The notes beneath the pieces were generated by a model. The model did not search any database, was not told where the DNA came from, and was given only the letters and a program-made list of their open reading frames with translations. This document shows positions 61,661 to 64,000 of a DNA stretch of 64,000 bases, piece by piece (position 1 is the stretch's first letter; each line of letters begins with the position of its first letter). Source of the DNA: an uncultured Acidobacteriota bacterium (GTDB lineage Bacteria > Acidobacteriota > Vicinamibacteria > Vicinamibacterales > Fen-181); the NCBI GenBank assembly GCA_963727765.1, contig CAVSGZ010000007.1, positions 462,344 through 526,343 on the forward strand, given 5' to 3'. The position numbers and the translations under genes are program-made.

Positions 61661-63028
61661 ATGCTCGGTCGCGCGGCCGTGGCCATGCTGGCGGTCATTT
61701 GCGCGGGGTCGCTCGCCTCCGTCGCCGCGGCGCAACAGCCGCCCGTGTCCACGCCGACGCCGGCAAAGCCGCAGGAGAACATGACGGCGTTGCAGCAGAA
61801 GGCCGCGCTCGGTGATGCCCAGGCCGAGTATCGGCTCGGCCGCATCTACCACGCTGGCGAGAGCGTCGCCCGCGACGATGCCGAAGCGCTCCGTTGGTAC
61901 CGCAAGGCGGCGGACCAGGGTGTCGTGGACGCGCTGAAGGCCATCGGGGAGGCTTACGCCCAGGGATTCGGCGTCGCCAAGGACGAAGCGCAGGCGGTCG
62001 AGTGGTTCCGCAAGGCGGCCGACAAGGGGGATGCGGAAGCGCAGATGACACTGGGCTTTGCATACACCCATGGCTGGGGCGTGAAACAGGACGACGCGGC
62101 GGGCGCGGCGTGGTACCGCAAGGCCGCAGACCAGGGGCTGGCCGGCGCGCAGTGCAACCTGGGCGTCGCCTACGCGAAGGGCCTGGGCCTGCCGCAAAGC
62201 TTTGCGGAGGCCAACAAGTGGTTCAGCCTGGCGGCCGACCAGGGCTACCCGGAAGCGGAGACGAACCTGGGCTTCGCCTATCTCAACGGGCGCGGCGTGC
62301 CACAAGATCTCGCCATGGCGGCGACCTGGCTTCGCAAGGCGGCCGAGCACGGTGTCGCACCGGTCCAGTACACGCTCGGCGCGATGTACGCGGCCGGCCA
62401 GGGCGTGCCGCAGGACGACGCCCAGGCCGTCTACTGGTGGCGCAAGGCCGCCGAGCAGGGCGACGTGCAGGCGGAAAGCAACCTCGGGGCCATGTACGAC
62501 ATGGGCCGGGGCGTGCCGCAGGACCCCGCGCAGGCCGCGCAGTGGTGGCGCAAGGCTGCGGACCAGGGTGACGCCAAGTCCCAGAACAACCTCGGCACGA
62601 TGTACCAAGCAGGCCGAGGTGTGCCGAAGGACGACAAGCTGGCGGTCGAGTGGTTTCGCAAGGCGGCCGATCAGGGCCATGTCCGGGCGCAGACCAACCT
62701 GGGCGTGATCTACAGCTCCGGCCAGGGCGTGCCGAAGGACGACACGGAGGCGCTGAAGTGGTACACCAAGGCGGCCGAGCAGGGTTTCCCGAGAGCGCAG
62801 TATGCGCTCGCCGGTCTCTACGAGGCCGGACGCGGCGTCGCCCAGGATTACGTCGAGGCCCACAAGTGGTACCACCTCGCGGCGATTCTGGCCGCCGACG
62901 ACGTCAAGGCGGCCGCCATGAAGGACGGAGACCGCCTCGGCCAGAAGATGACCGCCGAGCAGCTTTCCGAGTCGGTGAAGCGCACGAACGCCTGGCTGGA
63001 GGACTTCAAGAAGCGCGTGGGGAAGTAG
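61661..63028 (+). CDS. Sel1-repeat (SLR/TPR-like) secreted protein
   Basis: Signal peptide, then about 10 tandem 36-aa units (A.A..NLG.MY..G.GVPQD.A.A..W.RKAA.QG). Start is ATG 61661 or GTG 61619. Confidence 0.85.
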   Translation: MLGRAAVAMLAVICAGSLASVAAAQQPPVSTPTPAKPQENMTALQQKAALGDAQAEYRLGRIYHAGESVARDDAEALRWYRKAADQGVVDALKAIGEAYAQGFGVAKDEAQAVEWFRKAADKGDAEAQMTLGFAYTHGWGVKQDDAAGAAWYRKAADQGLAGAQCNLGVAYAKGLGLPQSFAEANKWFSLAADQGYPEAETNLGFAYLNGRGVPQDLAMAATWLRKAAEHGVAPVQYTLGAMYAAGQGVPQDDAQAVYWWRKAAEQGDVQAESNLGAMYDMGRGVPQDPAQAAQWWRKAADQGDAKSQNNLGTMYQAGRGVPKDDKLAVEWFRKAADQGHVRAQTNLGVIYSSGQGVPKDDTEALKWYTKAAEQGFPRAQYALAGLYEAGRGVAQDYVEAHKWYHLAAILAADDVKAAAMKDGDRLGQKMTAEQLSESVKRTNAWLEDFKKRVGK

Positions 63029-63081
63029 GGCAGACAGAGGGGTCGCCAAGTCTGCCGTGTGGGGAACCGGGGCAGGTAAAC

Positions 63082-63087
63082 TATAAT
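63082..63087 (+). promoter_or_regulatory. Candidate -10 box TATAAT 8 nt upstream of ATG 63096 (leaderless-type)
   Basis: TATAATTTGCAGCTATG can be compared with TACAATTCAGCTATG at 49336..49350. Confidence 0.4.
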
Positions 63088-63095
63088 TTGCAGCT

Positions 63096-63827
63096 ATGAA
63101 GAGAACCGAACGCCATCGCCTCAAGGAAAACGAGGTCGCCTCGACCGTCGTGCGCGCGAAGGAGACCTTCGACCGTTATCGCACCCCCATCCTGGCCGCC
63201 GCCGTCGGCGTGCTCGTCGTCGCCGTGGGTGTCGCCGCCTACCTCACGTGGCGCTCGCAGATCGCCAGCCGGTCCCAGGAAATGCTGGCCGAGGCCCTGA
63301 CCGTGGCGCAGACCAAGGTCGCGCCGGCACCCGCGCCGGGCGCGGCTCCCGCCGCCAAGCCGGCGAGCGGATTCGCCACCGAGCGGGCGAGAGACGAAGC
63401 GGCGCTGGCCCAGTTCATGGCCGTGGCGAACCAGTATCCCTCGACCGACTCGGGCGTCGCGGCGCGTTATCACGCCGCCGGCACGCTGGTCGCGCTCGGC
63501 CGGAATGCGGACGCGGTGCAGCTGTACCAGGACGTGATCGCCAAGGCCCCCGGGACGTTGTACGCCCAGATGGCGAAGCTAGGAGTCGCGGATGCGGAGG
63601 TGGCGTCCGGGAAGTTCGACGCCGCGATCGCGACCTACCGGGAGATGGCCGCGGCCGCGACGGGCGACGTTCCGGTTGATGGCATCCTGATGCGGCTCGC
63701 GTACGCCTGCCAGGCGGCGGGCAAGCCGGCAGAGGCCCGCCAGGCCTACAAGCGGATCGTGGACGAGTTCCCGCAGTCGCCGTACACGGTCGATGCCAAG
63801 CGCGCGATGGATGCGCTCGCGGGCTAG
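63096..63827 (+). CDS. Membrane-anchored TPR protein (YfgM-like)
   Basis: N-terminal MKRTERHRLKENEVA.. followed by one TM helix and a TPR-like C-domain. Confidence 0.7.
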   Translation: MKRTERHRLKENEVASTVVRAKETFDRYRTPILAAAVGVLVVAVGVAAYLTWRSQIASRSQEMLAEALTVAQTKVAPAPAPGAAPAAKPASGFATERARDEAALAQFMAVANQYPSTDSGVAARYHAAGTLVALGRNADAVQLYQDVIAKAPGTLYAQMAKLGVADAEVASGKFDAAIATYREMAAAATGDVPVDGILMRLAYACQAAGKPAEARQAYKRIVDEFPQSPYTVDAKRAMDALAG

Positions 63828-64000
63828 CGCGCCATCGCGAAGCGGTAGCTGAGGATCTTGTAGATCAGTTTCGCGCAGAGGAAGTTCGGCCCCACCATGC
63901 CCGGCAACGGGCACAACTCGACGACATCGCAACCGACGAGGTGGCGCTGGCTCACGACAGCCTTGAGCAGCGCCATCGTCTCGTGCCACGACAGCCCTCC
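63824..64000 (-). CDS. Agmatinase/arginase-family protein, C-terminal fragment (gene continues beyond the 3' edge)
   Basis: Manual translation of the minus strand from 64000 gives GGLSWHETMALLKAVVSQRHLVGCDVVELCPLPG..YRFAMAR*. Not in the ORF track because it has no start codon inside the window. Confidence 0.7.
   Translation of the reverse strand, partial: GGLSWHETMALLKAVVSQRHLVGCDVVELCPLPGMVGPNFLCAKLIYKILSYRFAMAR

Noticed and set aside
61790-62890. Regular ~108-nt periodicity, considered as a possible CRISPR or other non-coding array
   Set aside because: The period corresponds to 36-aa Sel1 repeats in an open reading frame. There are no conserved repeat/unique-spacer alternation and no cas genes. 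No CRISPR array was seen anywhere in the window.
60473-63124. 883-aa minus-strand ORF spanning the beta-propeller and Sel1-repeat genes
   Set aside because: It crosses an intergenic region and is antisense to two genes that have signal peptides and clear repeat architecture. Its composition is low-complexity.

Overview
High-GC bacterial chromosomal window. Gene content and repeat style look Acidobacteriota-like, but the taxon cannot be proven from the sequence alone. From 1 to 14 kb there are envelope and housekeeping genes: ugd, galE, a GT2 glycosyltransferase, an ABC exporter, yicC, gmk, coaBC, a family-4 UDG, priA, an M50 protease, HU/IHF, der, a MerR regulator and tRNA-Pro. From 14 to 18.5 kb one strand carries a sigma54-type two-component system whose kinase has CXXCH motifs in its periplasmic loop, followed by a small Cys-rich ORF and a stand-alone metacaspase. 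From 18.8 to 32.2 kb lies a respiratory island. It holds a 1,420-codon ORF fusing a Tat-type 4x[4Fe-4S] module, an NrfD/HybB-like membrane module and 14 CXXCH motifs. Convergent to it are an 11-CXXCH/cytochrome-b fusion (CbcL-like), a monohaem cytochrome c and a membrane-bound [NiFe] uptake hydrogenase operon (small, large, cyt b, protease). From 32 to 50.7 kb come an MFP plus two NBD-only ABC ATPases, a ~1,017-codon M14 peptidase broken by two frameshifts, moaA, an AmmeMemoRadiSam radical-SAM enzyme, an HGSNAT-like acyltransferase, a frameshifted HTH-RDD gene, an MFS transporter, surE, tRNA-Pro, a DRG-like GTPase, an S46 peptidase, acylphosphatase and apt. From 50.79 to 59.77 kb a ~9-kb integrative element sits in tRNA-Arg(CCT), bounded by 45-bp exact direct repeats. 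It carries integrase, Xis/AlpA, primase, TerS and an HK97-type capsid gene but no portal, protease, TerL or tail genes. That makes it phage-satellite-like, and it carries many frame breaks. The window ends with a DUF-type protein, a YncE-like beta-propeller, a Sel1-repeat protein, a TPR membrane protein and a partial agmatinase. Recurrent fine-scale structure includes heptanucleotide tandem arrays at gene junctions, REP-like palindromes (one inside a CDS), -10 boxes abutting start codons, and apparent frameshifts in conserved genes.
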